DNA of 64,000 nucleotides from Mytilus edulis (taxonomy: Eukaryota): positions 29,388,001-29,452,000 of the forward strand of contig NC_092356.1 in the NCBI RefSeq assembly GCF_963676685.1, written 5' to 3'. The notes beneath the pieces were generated by a model. That model was not told where the DNA came from and made no database searches. It saw nothing but the letters and a program-made list of their open reading frames with translations. Below, in pieces: positions 26,598-41,128 of this stretch. The translations under genes were made by a program, and so were the position numbers. The first letter of the stretch is position 1, and the number at the start of each line of letters is the position of its first letter.

Positions 26598-27131
26598 AAG
26601 AAAATTGGTACCGTTAATTTTAGTAAAATATTTGGTGTTAGGGACTCATTTCTGTGTGAAATACAATTATCTTTGTTTTAACTGGTGAATGGGTAATTTC
26701 AGTGTGTGAAATATTCTTAGTGAATGCATTGTTGAAAATATAAACTCGTTTTAACTGGGTTTGTGCAATTTATTATATGATGTAGTTAAGTTTATAAATA
26801 TTGATATTTTATGTGTGTTATGAATGATTTTAAGGGTGGAGGAGTCCATTATTATAGTTGATTGGTATTTAAACTGAGAACCTAAAAATTTTCTAAAGGC
26901 ATAGGTATCTGTATAGAAACACACAACCTCTTTTGCTGTAGAACACTTTTTGAGAAATTGATCATGTAAAAATGTTGAGCAACAAGATTTACTGCATTAA
27001 ATTCATTTTTTTTTGTTTAAGAAATAATTGATGCAAGCTATAGTGTAGTTTTAACATGGGAAGGCATTATATTTGTGAGGGCTAAAATAACATGAAATGT
27101 TAAAACTACAATAAAGTATAGCTTGCATCAA

Positions 27132-28114
27132 TTTTTATAGGACCCCAAAAAAATTTTGAGTTCGTATAATGGTATGATGTCGTCGTCTGCGTCGTCGTCG
27201 TCCGAAGACACTTTGGTTTCCGGATAATAACTTTAGTTTAAGTGAATAGATCTTAATAAATTTTTTTCAGAAGGTTCAATACCACAAAAGGAAGGTTGGG
27301 GATGATGGTCCGAACCGTTTAGGAATTAGGGGCCCAAAAGGGGCCAAAACAAGCATTTTTCTAGTTTAAGGATAATAACTTGTTTACCAGTATTTCAATT
27401 GCTCTGAAAGTATACTGCAATGTTTAAAATCACAAGTAGAAGGTTTGGATTCATTTAAGGGGTTATTGGGCCAAAGTTTAGGAATAAAGGGCCAAAAAGG
27501 GGCCAAAACAAGCATTTTTCTAGTTTCCAGACAATACCTTGTGTGTAATTGCATGGATCGCTCTGAAATTGTACCACAATGTACCATATAACAAAGGGGA
27601 GGCTGGGATTAAGTTTTGGGTTAATTGCCCAAAATATGTAGGAATTAAGGACCAAAAAGAAGCATGTTTCTAGTTTCCAAACAATCATGACAATAACTTG
27701 TGTTTAAGTGTATGGATCTCTCTGAAATCGTACTACAAGGTTCAATATTACAAAGGAAAGCATGGGATTGAGTTTAAGGGTTATTGCTCCAAAAGGGGGG
27801 GGGGGGTTTCAATAAATTGGGGGGGATCTCAGTTTACCATTTTTTGTAAGGGAATTTTTTTTTTCAACATTTTTCAAATTTCAAATTTTGAAAAGTTTCA
27901 ATAAGAAATATTCAATTGCACAGTATTGTGCAATAGATGTGTTAGATCTTGAATCACATTAATTTTTTGGCAAAAACCTATATTATGTCAAAAATTTGAT
28001 CACAATCAAAATTCAGACGGTATCAAGCTTAAATATTGTGACCAAATTTGCCCTAACTGTTCAGGGTTCGACCACTGGGGTAGTATAAAGCTGCGCCCTG
28101 TGGAGCACCTGGTT
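27132..28114 (+). mobile_element. HINE-like element with ~160-bp internal repeats containing GGGCCC
   Basis: (GTC)n tract near the 5' end, repeated CAAGCATTTTTCTAGTTT, and a 3' end AAAGCTGCGCCCTG(C/T)GGAGCA(C/T)CTGGTT shared with a deleted copy at ~13240-13476. A related inverted copy lies at ~1690-2045. Confidence 0.6.
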
Positions 28115-31100
28115 TCAATTCTGATTAGGACAATTAAGGTAATTTCTATGTCCTATGTGTATAAGTGTAAAGCGATTGTGTAAGTTCTTCCTTGAACCTT
28201 CCTTTTTTGTTTGTAAAGAAGCAAACGGCCAGCATGAACAGTTGTCGTATTTAGGTCAAATATGTCAATTTCGGAATGCAACACATTACAGTCATAATAA
28301 ATGAATTAGTAACAACATGTGCATCATTTAAGAGATAGGAAGTGTTTTAAGTTAATGAAATATATTAAATTCTTGCCAATTTGATAAAATTCATTATTCT
28401 GTAGTAGTCAATATACACATGTGCAAAATAAATTTATTGGATTAAGAGCATGGGTTCATTCACAAAGCAAAAGAAGCACGTCATATTAGAATTTATATTT
28501 AACTATTTCTACTATGATAATATATAGTCTGTTGTTAAGCTGATTGGCCAATATTAAGTTGAAGAAGGCCTGCATTCACAATTAAATGAAATGTAAGGAA
28601 TCTTGTTTGTTTGCTCTAATTGTTTTAATAAGCTTCTCGATAATCAAAATTAGGGCTATATATCTAATTAAATGTTTTCGATGAAGTGTGTGGTTCAAGA
28701 TGAAATTTTCAATTTTTTGTCAAAGGGTCAAAGTGAATATTTTGTCAATATTTTATGTAAATTAAACAAGCCCTACTGATTCAAGTCAGAGTGTTTGATA
28801 CCACATTGAGGGTTATTTTCATTTAGGAAATGGGATGGATGTGCAAAAAGAAAATGTACAAATGTGATGATATTTAAATGTTTGTGTTTATAGACAGTTG
28901 TCTCATCAATGTTAAATCTCACATTAGATTTAAGAAAAATTCTTGCAACACTTCCCACCATTCCAAAAGATGATGCCATTAAATAAATGTGAACATAACT
29001 GGAAATCTATATTTTCATTTGATTTTTAATTGTTTTTTTATGTGAACAAGAAGTGTAGATAGACCTTTTCAATTCTCAAACTATGTATACTGTGTAGTGG
29101 GAGAGAAACATGTCAAAAAAGGACAATATTAATAATAATAATCTACACCAAACACATAAAATAGAACAAATGCATTACCTATTAAAAGTGGCCATTGTAC
29201 TGACACTGACATCTACATGTATAGGTTTTAAACTGGTTTTTTTCCTAAATCTGCATTATTCTTAAAAATTACTTTTGTAAAAATTTATCATTTACATTAT
29301 TTTTTATTTTAAAGACTATAGATTACAATTAAGATGTACATAATGACACCCACCGATGAGTCTGACTCAAACAGGAACTATTTCTAAATGCTTGGTTTTT
29401 CCTCAATATAAAGTCATCAGTGCCTGTATTTAAAGGTATTCTTGTTAATGTTGAATGATGACTTTGACCCTCAAAATTAAGTTGTTGCATACTAAATGAT
29501 TAAAATGACTTGTATAAATTTTATTATTTTTCATGCATCCATGTACACTTTCTTACGTATCAGTGATACTTTGTTAAAGACTATTGTATTATAATATATA
29601 AACCTTATGTGCCATATAACATGACTTTAGAAAAATAAAGCTTTAATATATAACAAAGTTTTATGCGCAAAATTACTGTATACTCAGATTTAATGTTGCA
29701 ATATTTTAAGAATGAATAATGTGAGATTTACTATTGTGATTTTGGGCATATCTGCATACAATTATAGTATCAAATGTAATAATGCAAGTTTCTATTGCAT
29801 GGGGTTATTATCCAGACCCATTAATTGCAATGATAAAATCCTCGCAATAATTTCTGAGTTTTCAGTACATGCCTTTGTTTTTGTCTGAATGATAAACAAT
29901 TGTATCATTGAAATTAGAGTGCAATAGTTATGCAATTCAAACCTAATATTCAAGTTTCCAAATATGATATACAATCATGCAAGCAGTTGCTTAGTGTACC
30001 TTATGCATGCATGTGTTTAACAAATGTCCTTTTAACTGTCAATTCAATTTGAATTTTATCAGGAGCTATTAAAACAATTGCTTGATCTATACTTAAACAG
30101 ATTTCTTCAAGTAATTTAACTAAAGATTTAAATTTCATGAGAATACTTTTGGTATAACTTTCTAAGTCCTTTAAGAAAATATCTTTTGAGAAAATATATT
30201 TTAGAATAGATAGGTTTCGATATGCCATAACTTGAGTTGGAGTTATTCCCTTGACCGCCATTTGGAATGTTAAATGTCTGGTTTTCTTACTTAAATTAAC
30301 GTTTGGTAAAAAATCTTAACTAGATCAAAGTCACAAATCAAGCAAACCTAAAACATTAAAATTGTTCCAAAACATTCATACAAGTCAGAGGTTTAGCTAG
30401 CTAAAAAAAAAGCAGGTTTAATCAACTATTTTCAATGAGGAAAATGCCTGTACCAAGACAGGAATGTGACAGTTGTTATTAATTCATTTGATGTGTTTGA
30501 GCTTTTGATTTTCCCATTTGATTTGTGACTCTTCGTTTTAAATTTTCCTCGGGAGTTCGGTATTTACTTTGTATGAGTTCTAGACGTCTGTTTCGAATTG
30601 AATTTGGCTGATGTATGAAGGAATTTGTCGATAAAGTCCTCCAGCCTGTTGGCAAATGGGAAGTGACTCTTGATGAAATTTTGTCAATTAAAATCTATCT
30701 ATTGACCTTTTTTTTTAAAAGTCGATTTACATTTGTTAGTTTAATGTCTACGTGTAATAATCATCAGTAGTGCTGGTTTCAAAGAATCAGTCAATGTTAC
30801 AGAGGCCATTTTGTATGCAGTTTCAAATCAGTGAAGGTTTTCTATTTAAAATGAATGTTCATTCCACAACAACATATCACTATTTACATATGGTTAGTAT
30901 TTTGAGACTATTTTGTCTTGGAATAGCTATTTACTTCAATTCACATACGATTTATTCATATTGTTAAAAAACACAATTGTCTTGCTCATTTTTCATTGAG
31001 TAAAAAGTTCTTATTCGTACTTCTAAATAATAGTATGTTCTGTCAAGAACTCCCAAAAACTAAGTGGAATGTCTCAACAATAAAAGCGAGAAGGCTACAT

Positions 31101-31757
31101 CAAACTAGATGTTAGGAAAGGACAAGTTCTAAAATCCAGATAACTGATCTTATTGGGAATGTACATTTGAAAGAACTATCATAGCTCTGAAACATCTTAA
31201 GTATCTCATGAGCTAGAACATTTTGACCATCGAAAACTTGACTTCATTAACCATATCTTTTGTTCTCACTTTTTAACTTCCTTCTTGGATTGCAGTAACT
31301 GTTCTTTCTTCTTAACGCTCTCCTGGTTTTGCACATTAGTTACGCAATATGTATACGACGGTGGTTTATGATCTGTTTCCACTTACTCTTTAGAATGACC
31401 TGTACATTGGGGTCTGTGCTTTTATCGTGCTAATCTTGTTGACTGGTTGCTTAATTACCATTTATTCCTTGTGACTAAGTGATCCATGGTGATCACTTAA
31501 TGTCCGTCTATTTGACATTAGGCAGTTTACATTTTCCTCAAGATCAGCTCGTCCGAAATCATCCTGCCAAAAAGAAAGTATATCACAAAAATATAGAAAA
31601 TTCAAAACGGAAAGTCCCTCACCAAATTGCAAAATCATCAAAAGCTCAAACACACCAAACTAATGAACAACAACTGTTATATTCATGTTTAATACAATTG
31701 AAATTGCCAATTTACACTAAAATTGAAAACAAAATATATATGCAAGGATTTTTATAA

Positions 31758-31948
31758 AAGAGGGACGAAAGATACCAAAGGGACAGTCAAACTCATAAAT
31801 CTAAAACAAACTGACAACGCCATGGCTAAAAATGAAAAAGACAAACAGAAAAGCAATAGTACACATGACACAACATAGAAAACTAAAGAATAAACAACAC
31901 GAACCCCACCAAAAACTAGGGGTGATCTCAGGTGCTCCGGAAGGGTAT
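31758..31948 (-). repeat. Interspersed repeat fragment (SINE-like)
   Basis: The motif CAGGTGCTCCGGAAG recurs at ~50040-50056 (inverted) and ~61497-61512. Confidence 0.45.
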
Positions 31949-34462
31949 AACTAGCACTTTAGCAGTCGTAGATTCTAATTGGCCAATTTTAGATATCTGC
32001 TCTGAAATTACACACCAACAAGTTTGAAACATTTTAGACACCGATGATTTGAAGACCGCCTGCAAACAATGGTCATTTCATGTTGATCAGGTGGCCACGG
32101 GGGGGGGGGGGGGGTCTCTTCCTATATGAAGGTATATACAGATATACCGCTAGAATGGGCCCTATTTTGACACATCAAATATATCAAAGGGTTGCGATTT
32201 CACCGAGGTTAAGTGTCAATAGGTGAGAAATTTTCATCGTTCGATTATATTTTTAGTATAAATGCCGTTTTAATCGTTAAAAATCAAGTAAAGATAAAAT
32301 GAATTTTATATATGATAATAGAGGAATATATGAATGGATTATGATTTTGCCATGAAATATGTCTATGGGTCTGGATTCCACAAGACTACAATATATAACT
32401 TTGTTCTCATTGAAATCATATGGACAATACTATTACCATCGTTTTGTCTACTTATCATAAGCAATATAGAATTGTATTATATGTCTCTGTTATCATGTAT
32501 TAAGATGCATGAACTTATCCTTTATTACCTTTTATTCAAGTATATTATTGATCCATATTTGGTTCTTAATTGTTTTAAATTCTTCTCCGCGTGATTCACG
32601 ATTCAAAGACTGTTGTGATGTATGCTTATGTTATTATTGAACAGAAAGTTGTAATGGCAAAGGTATTTGTATTTTTCACGCCGTAACTAAGACTAAGATC
32701 ACGATTAACAAAACATAAGTAAACGCAAACCGACATAACGCAACACATTACTATACTCTCTTTCATATATTGTTGAATAGAAAGTTGTGACGTTTTTGTA
32801 TTTTTAACGCCTTAACTAAGCTTGACATCCCGATTATAAATACACAACTCAAATAGCCCATTAATCTACATTGTAGTGTTTTAGCTAATTCGCATGAGCT
32901 CCACAAGTAAACAATCAGCGCAATTATCATCTGTTGGGCAGTTAATCCTTTCACCTGTTATTGTCAATTTTCTTATTTCTTTATGTTGATTTGCTGGAAC
33001 GGTTTCATTTCTTTTGACGATTTAATCAAACTAATAGTAATTTGAATATCTCTCCACATATATATGTATATATATACATATTCTATTTTTTTTATGATTT
33101 TAAGGTGATGATTGGCGTATCTTGTCCCGATACGCGCACCCTAGTTTTAAACGTTGTATTCTAATTCGCATGAGCTACTCTGTTTTAAGTTATAATGATG
33201 ATCAATCAATTTTATGTCACTAAATAGATAACTTCATATATAGCTTTAATAAACTGGTAATTATAGTTTTTTAAAATATGAAATGAAACTGATTAAGAAA
33301 CCACGCACTTAATAAATTTGGTGCGTCTGAACTGTTTTTACTTTCCTCAAATATTAACCTTCGCAAGGAACACTAATATCCATCCTACAATAAAAAATAA
33401 TTGTCATATCGGGGCCTTTTATAGCTGACTATGCGGTATGGGCTTTGTTCATTGTTGAAGGTTGTACGGTTACCTATAGTTATTAATGTCTGTGTCATTT
33501 TGGTCTCTTGTGGACAGGTGTCTCGTTGGCAATCATACCACATCTTCTTTTATATATACACAACTAATTCATCTTGCTTCGACCTTCGACGTTTTAATTA
33601 CCTTATAAATAGTTATACGTAAAAATACAAGATGAGAAGTTTTGCTTATTATGTTATAAATATTTAACGTTTATCTCTTGTTATAAAGGTACATCTAGGT
33701 TCATTGTACATGTTACTGGCAGTGTTTACTTATGCACTGCACTTGTGTGAAAATGTGTACCTAATCTGATATTTAATCATAATTTATCTTACATCGATCA
33801 CGAGACTCTATTTTAACCTAAACATGGCTACTGTATAATCTGTAGGATATAGAGAATTGATTGCAATACTATGCGACATATATAAGGAGGAAATAGGTTA
33901 GCCTACCGTGAGAGGGCAGTTTAACCGTCAAAGTCGTTAAACACGTCCATCATTATTTAAGGTATGGGAAATAACGTTATATAAAGCAACTTGTTACTTT
34001 AAATATTTTCAAAACATATTTGACGAACAAATATAAGAAATGCAACTTTAGAATTACATGGAACGTTAATCTTTTTTCTTATTTTGTTAGAGTAAGCATA
34101 GTTATTGAGAAGACATATGACCTAAACACTCTCCAGTTTAAGCCCACTGCATTTTAAATGTAGTAGGTATAAAATAATCCAATGATTATCAAGGATACTG
34201 TCACTATTTTCTGTATGAAGAACACAGTCACGTCACTGTTTTTTTGAAAAGCAGAAGACATATTTAAATAACATTTACTGGATGTTCATTGAATTTGAAT
34301 AGTTAATCAAAATATAAGTAGTGTGTTATCAAACAATGTGCACTTAAAAATAACAAACGAAAACTGAAAATCTTTCGGACTTGGTAATGAACAACAAATT
34401 TGTGTTAAAGTGCGTTTTCTCAATGCCCGATCTGTATGTTCTTTGTCCTCTTATTTTCAGAA

Positions 34463-37400
34463 ATGGCAACTTCAATAAGTGCAGGAGAGACCTATTATCT
34501 TCGTATTGCAAATCTGCTACTAAAAGTAGCACCTTCAGCTGTCAGAGTAAAGTTTGATAAGGAATTTTATCCATCAGGATTGCAGACGGTTCTTAATCAA
34601 AAGAGACTGAAAATTCAGGGACTGACGCAGAAGAAGATAATCAATATAAAACAATGGAACTTGCTTTTTCCAAGCTCAGGTATATTTTTAAATACTTTTA
34701 ATTAAACATGTGAATTTAAGTTTGTTGTAAAGATGAATGAAGGTTCGTACAACTAACAGCAACCCAAAGAACCGAAAAAACCAATTAAGAATATATTAAA
34801 ATCTGTTTTGATAGTGATTGTCGTTTGCTACAGTTCATTATATATGTCGTGTACAAGTTGCGATTTTGTACAGGTTATAACATGTACAAAAATATTGTAC
34901 ATGTTATAACTTGTATAATGCAAAAATACAAGTTATAACATGTACAAAAGTACCTCATACATGTTATAACCTGTACAAAATATTGCTTAAAAATGGTTTT
35001 AACTTGTACAAAATCGAAAAATAAGGATATTTTTCTATTATCGCAACAGATGTTATTCCATATTGATAAAACTTTAGTAGGTGTTTCTATATGAATGGGA
35101 TTTTGAATAAATAAGCATATTCACCGCGCATAACGTCGCGTGCTTTTACCTGCACTATTTTGGTAAAAAAACGATTGATGTACAATTGGTTTTGGTTAAT
35201 AATTGCCATTACATACATTTCTCTCGGAATATGGAATAAAACAATTACTGTCTTTTGTTTCGGTAAAAATGTGGTTTAATTGACTTTTGAAAAACTGATA
35301 TTCACTTCGGCCGTTGGCCTCAGTGAATATCAGTTTTTCAAAAGTCAATAAAACTACACATTTACCTCATCAAAAGACAGTAATTGTATAATATTGACCT
35401 CAATAACATATTCATAACTTTTGTATTATTCCTTCATGTTAGTGTGTTTTCTCCTTTTTTGATACTGTAATGTCCAGGGGTCGGTATTACGAAGCATTCC
35501 TAAGACCTGTCATAAGATATATATTAGGACATGTCTTATGATCCTCTTAAGACTACCTATGGACATATCTTTATTTAATGAATTATAATTATGAGTGTCC
35601 ACTTTGAAGGCAATAGTAAAATACTTTCTTTCTAGTTGACACTAAAAGACATAAGAGGATAGCCAGGATAGATGTGTCTACAAATAAAATTGGGAATTGA
35701 AATGGGGTATGTGTCTAAAAGACAACAACCCGCCAATGGAGCAGACAACATCCAAAGGCCACCAATACATGCTTTCAAAGTAGAGGATATATATTTAAAA
35801 CATCAAAATGACATTCGCCTCATGCAATGATCTTATAGTTTATAAACAAAAATTGAGTTATAAATTTACATATGTCATGCTGAAGGCCAAAAATGTAGAA
35901 GAGTAGATCCAAAGATATTGATAATGAAGCATGGTCCAATGAAAACTATTTCAGCTCTCGCTTGCTTTTACAGAGTAAGCATATAAGACATTGTTTTAGT
36001 CTTTGCATGCTATAAAAACGAGAGGGAGGAGTATTTCCCAAAATTATTAGGAGTCGTTCTTTAATTTTATGGAAGAATTTAGTTACTATATAGTATCTAA
36101 TGTAATTGTCATTGAGGAATGCAAGCTTTTATAGTGAATAGTTTCATACGTATTTAAGCCATGATGAACTGCATGAAACATAGAATTACATGAAAACACA
36201 TTTTGCCAACATAAGTCATGAAACATATATTTCTGAAACTATGTGATCATTGTCCTCTACAGAAAAAGACACGTTCTGGCCTATTTATTGTTGTTCTTTA
36301 TGCATTGGTGAATTTAAATGTATATTTTACTTCATTAAAGTTTATTTTAAATTTTGTACAAGTTAAAACCATTTTTAAGCAATATTTTGTACAGGTTATA
36401 ACATGTATGAGGTACTTTTGTACATGTTATAACTTGTATTTTTGCATTATACAAGTTATAATATGTACAATATTTTTGTACATGTTATAACCTGTACAAA
36501 ATCGCAACTTGTACACGACATATATATGAATCCATGACAAATCGCCCCACTGGCGAATCGCCCCACACCTAATCGCCCCACTTTCTCACAAACTCGCCCC
36601 ACTTTCTAAAAAAAAAACGCCCCACTCTTGTTTACCAACTCGCACCACTTACGAAAAGGGTTAAAATCCCGCTGAAATACGGTCTATCAACTGGCCCCAC
36701 TCATGACAAATAGATAAACCACTTATAAAAAAGATTCAATCCCGTTACATTGTCACTGCCCACGTCAGTACCTTTGAAAACCTAAGTGAAGTGCTATAAA
36801 ATCAATTGCTGTTAAAAACTCTGTTTTTGCAATAAAGTTATATATATGAATGTTAATCACGCATCAATTGTATGATTATGATACAATTAACAGGTTTCTT
36901 TTCAATTGTTATACAAATAACTAAGCTTACAAGTATAAAGTTATTCTCCAATACTGATACGAAAATGTATTTGCAATTATATTTTAAGAATGTTAAAAAA
37001 GTTTAATAAATTTCGGTGTTTTTTTTTGGATTCTGTGTAGATTACAAAATTCAAAATAAGTTTTCATTTAAGTGCGGCTAGTTGGTAGACCTGAAAATTG
37101 TATATAGAAGTAGCTTTTCCTTTTTTCAATAACCAAATGAAAAGTGGCATATATATATGATTTATTTTCTATTCAAACACAAAACTTGACCTATGATTTT
37201 AATGGGATCTCGATTAAAATACTTTATTAAGGATTAGGTGCTTTCGTATTTTTCTGATAATTAAGTTGGTTTGGTGTTATATATTTTGTATTTGCTTACC
37301 TTTACGTAGCACCTGCAATCACTCTAGTAAAGTTAAAAAGGGATTAGAAAAAAATGCTTTATTTTAAGGTATAGCTATATCATCTACGTTTGATGTTACT

Positions 37401-40400
37401 CTTATGACATGCCTACTCAGGAATTTGGCAAAGATAAATATCCAAGATAACCTTCCATTATCAACTGATACGAGTGAAGAGGCAGCTTTGTCTAGAATCA
37501 AATTTTACCGAAATGAGATTGCCCATAACGAAAGTGGAACCTTGACAAAACAACTATTTCATCAGTACTGGGGAGAGATTAGTCAGGTTAGTCTTCCTTC
37601 TAAACATTAAATTACAAAAAATGAAGGTTTTGTCATTTAATAATAAACACTATGAAGTATGAATTGACACTTAAAATATGAATTATTTCTTTCACGTTAA
37701 AGGTTTTTCTGCAATGTTTATGTGTTAACTTTTACATTTCATTTAACTGCTAAACAATTGAGAAGGATAACAAAAGTAACTTAAGTAATTTTAATGTATT
37801 CGAATTTTCTGTGTGATATTAACTTAAAACTGTTCCACTAAACAATTAAAATAATTATACTTTACAGGCTATAACATTACTTGGAGGTCAAAATTACGCG
37901 CAATTTTGTGCTGATTTGAAAGTCAGAGATCTCGATGGACATGACAAGGAAGTTTTGATAGAACTTCGAAATATCAGAAGTGAAACTATCCCGAAAGGAG
38001 CAATAGGTATTTTCTTTCTATATTGCAATATGTCAAAATGTAGATAAGTTTACAGAAGTTCAAATATCATTACTTGCCTATTTAAAGACAAATTAAGGTA
38101 GCAACAAAATGTGAGGTAAACTGCCAATTAATTAAAGAATCACAATCAGAACACACATTAGAAATTCTAAACATAACTTCATATTATAGTAAAGCTGACT
38201 GTATTAAAGGGGGAAACATTGTATGTCTTTGCATATTTTATTTATTATTACTACATTATACAAACACATAAGTTTAATGGGTAAATAATCAATGCACACT
38301 ATATAATCTCGAAAATGATTTACTGATAATTCTGAAGATAAAATTGTACTTAATGGCTAAATTCAATTTTTTTTATATTTTGTTTTACATCTCTACAGTT
38401 GTACATACCAGTCTATTAGAAGAATGGTCCACTATTGATGGAAAGGTTGTTCCAACCAAAGCTTTCCAACGTATATTAGAACTTCTGGAAGAAGAACACG
38501 TGTTGACAGTTATAGGTCCACCAGGTTGTGGGAAATCGACAGCGATACACCATGCTGCTCTGCAGCTACGCGACCAAGAAGATTATGTTGTCGTTCCAGT
38601 TAATTTTCCAGGTGAAATCATACAGTACTATAATCCAGAGTGCAAACAAGTATTTGTATATGATGATATATGTGGTAAATATGCTATAAACCATCAAATG
38701 CTGGACAATTGGTGCGTACAATCTAATGCAATCCAGGTAATTTTAAGCAGCACAAAAGTGAAAATATTAAGCTCATGCAGAAGTTATATTTTCAAAGATA
38801 GATGCTTTTCTAAAATAAAACTACTTTCTGAAGTTCATTTTGACGTAACATCAGAAAATTATGCTTTGACTGAGAAAGAAAGATCTCTCATTGCAGAGGT
38901 TTACCTATCAGCATATGAAGTTACAGCATTACAGAAATCAAACGTATTTACGAAATATGACTTCTTTCCCCTTTTATGTCAGTTGTATTCATCAAGAGAA
39001 TCCACTGATGTAGTAGTATATTTTTCTGATCCTATTGATGCAATTAATGTAGAGCTAGAATCTCTAATGAACGAAAATGATCAAACAACGTTTGCTACAC
39101 TGTTTTTATTTGTTATCTACAATAACTGCATAGACGAAACCATTTTCAATCAGAAGGTAAAAATAAGAAATACTTTACTGGATTTATCAGACCATTTTGA
39201 AATTTCGTCTGTTTTGTCAATAACTGTTGTCAAATTGCAATTGAAAAAACTCATCAATAGTTTTGTAAAGAAATGTGAAAACTCTTATAGTATAATACAC
39301 GACAAAATTTTTGATATCCTGGTTTTGTTTTGCGGTAACAAATATTTTGAACTCTGTCTCGAAGTCGCACATACAGATATAATACGTGACAGATTTCATT
39401 TTGTGTCACTGAATGCGGAAGAGTCCGAAGGTATTATTCGTGTTGCTGCGAATAAAGAAGATGCATATTTTGACAGAATTTCAAATGATATTCGTCGTGG
39501 TTATATAGCCAACGTATTTACAAATAGTCAGATGAAATATATATCGTATCAACAGAAATTAATTGCACACCTGAAAACTAACGAGGGTTTGCTGAACATT
39601 GTTTTATCCTTATCAGAGAAAGAGTCTTCACCATTGCTTACTGTTGCAAATCAGGGATTCAATTATCTTGTACATTTTTTGATTGAAATTGGGTTAAGTG
39701 TTAATGTTCGCGACGAAATTGGTCGATCAACTCTCTTTCTGGCAACCGATAGTAACCATACTGAAACTGTCAATTTGTTGTTGAATAAAGCTGCTAATGC
39801 TGATCTATGTAACAAAAAACAAATATCTCCGCTCCACATGGGTTGTCTGAATGAAAACATGGAAATAGTTAAGTTGCTTTTAAACTCAAAGTGTAACATA
39901 GACATTCGGAATGATTATAATCAAACACCACTCTTCTTTGCATCGTTTGTTGGCCACAAAGAAATAGTTGAATTTCTATTAAAAAATAAGTGTAATGTCA
40001 ATATTAACAGTAAAAACAACAACACACCGTTACATGCTGCATGCTTCTTTGACAATTGTGATGTTGTGCAATTATTGCTGAATTTTAAATGTGATCCCAA
40101 CATTTCTTCTGTATATAATGAATCTCCTCTTTTTGTTGCTTGTCTACGAAACAGCGTTTTATCAACAGAACTGCTATTAGAAAAGGGGTGCAATCCTAAT
40201 GTATATACACAAGTTGATGGAAAAGTTAATCCTTGGGGTGCACTAAGAAGTGTTTCTACACTAAGTGACATAAGTCGAAATGACAAAAAAACAACAGATG
40301 CGTGCATTTCTTTTGGAGTCTGTAGAATGTTATGAACATTTTTGTGCAGAACGTGCCATGTCGTTAGGGGTCTTTATTTTTTTATTTTTGAAAGGACCCC

Positions 40401-41128
40401 CCAGTAAACCAAATTCATGTTTTGATATGACTCCAATTTTTGTAACGACATCAATTGGCGCTATTGATATTGTTGAATTGTTGTTGAAGCACAATGCTCA
40501 TCCCTGTTTAGGAAATGGTTTCAATGAAACTCCAATATTTGCTGCAGCTGAAAGAGGACTCGTAGAAATTGTAAAATTGCTTTTAAGATTTAAGGCTGAT
40601 CCAAATTTGTGTAACAATTTTAATGTTTGTCCAATGCAGCGGGCAACTGTGAACGGATTTTTGGAAGTTGTTAATGTGTTAGTAACTAATGGAGCGAATC
40701 CGAACCATTACGATTATTATACTGAGCCTCCGATGATAATTGCTACACGTCGATTCTTTTATGAAATTGTCCAAATACTGCTGGAAAACAATGGGGATCC
40801 AAACATTACCAACTTTGAAGGCAAAACCTGTTTGCATGTTGCATCAGAAAATGGAGATCTAGAGATGGTTAAAATATTGCTAGAAAATCATGCGGATCCA
40901 AACGTTATTGATAATAATTCAATATCACCTCTGTGTGTAGCTTCCAAAAGTGTACATTTCAATTTATTTGATATTTATCTAGCAAGACATGGATATCTAG
41001 ATGACGATCAAATATTGTACTCAGACCAACTGGCACTTCAAAAACAGTGCACTGAACTCGTTAATGTATTGTTAATCTATGAAGCTGATCCTTTAAGCGT
41101 TATTGAATCTGGTTTTAATATTATATAG
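34463..41128 (+). CDS. HEPN(DZIP3-like)-nSTAND3 NTPase-ankyrin repeat protein, copy 1; +1 frameshift at A7 run 40285-40291 (836 aa as assembled, 1100 aa if repaired)
   Basis: Exons 34463-34679, 37369-37586, 37868-38006, 38399-41128. HEPN_DZIP3-like motifs QWNLLFP, FDVTLM..LLRNL and RIKFYRNEIAH; Walker A GPPGCGKS (38515-38538); Walker B VFVYDD; 6+6 ankyrin repeats. Removing one A restores colinearity with copy 2. Confidence 0.88.
34841..36525. mobile_element. Foldback-like non-autonomous DNA transposon with ~173-bp TIRs, in intron 1 of HEPN-STAND copy 1
   Basis: 34841-35013 is the near-perfect reverse complement of 36351-36525. The TIRs are built of TGTACA/GTTATAAC sub-palindromes; flanks are TA-rich; absent from intron 1 of copy 2. 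Confidence 0.8.
35241..35387. repeat. ~147-bp palindrome (hairpin MITE-like) nested in the foldback element
   Basis: ACAATTACTGTCTTTTG...TTGACTTTTGAAAAACTGATATTCAC / GTGAATATCAGTTTTTCAAAAGTCAA...CAAAAGACAGTAATTGT. Confidence 0.75.

Noticed and set aside
31360-31385. VETDHKP motif resembling Ty3/Gypsy RNase H
   Set aside because: No flanking RT, RNase H or integrase similarity and no LTRs.
38344-38398. ORF-track N-termini of the 663-aa and 916-aa ORFs
   Set aside because: These are intronic polypyrimidine tracts. The true exons begin after AG at 38399 and 56318.
40283-40293. Programmed ribosomal frameshift at the A7 run
   Set aside because: Restoring the frame needs +1, not the canonical -1, and the paralogue has no such run.
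39217-40307. Minus-strand ORFs overlapping the STAND/ankyrin exon (also 57585-57827)
   Set aside because: Antisense shadows of the real coding strand.
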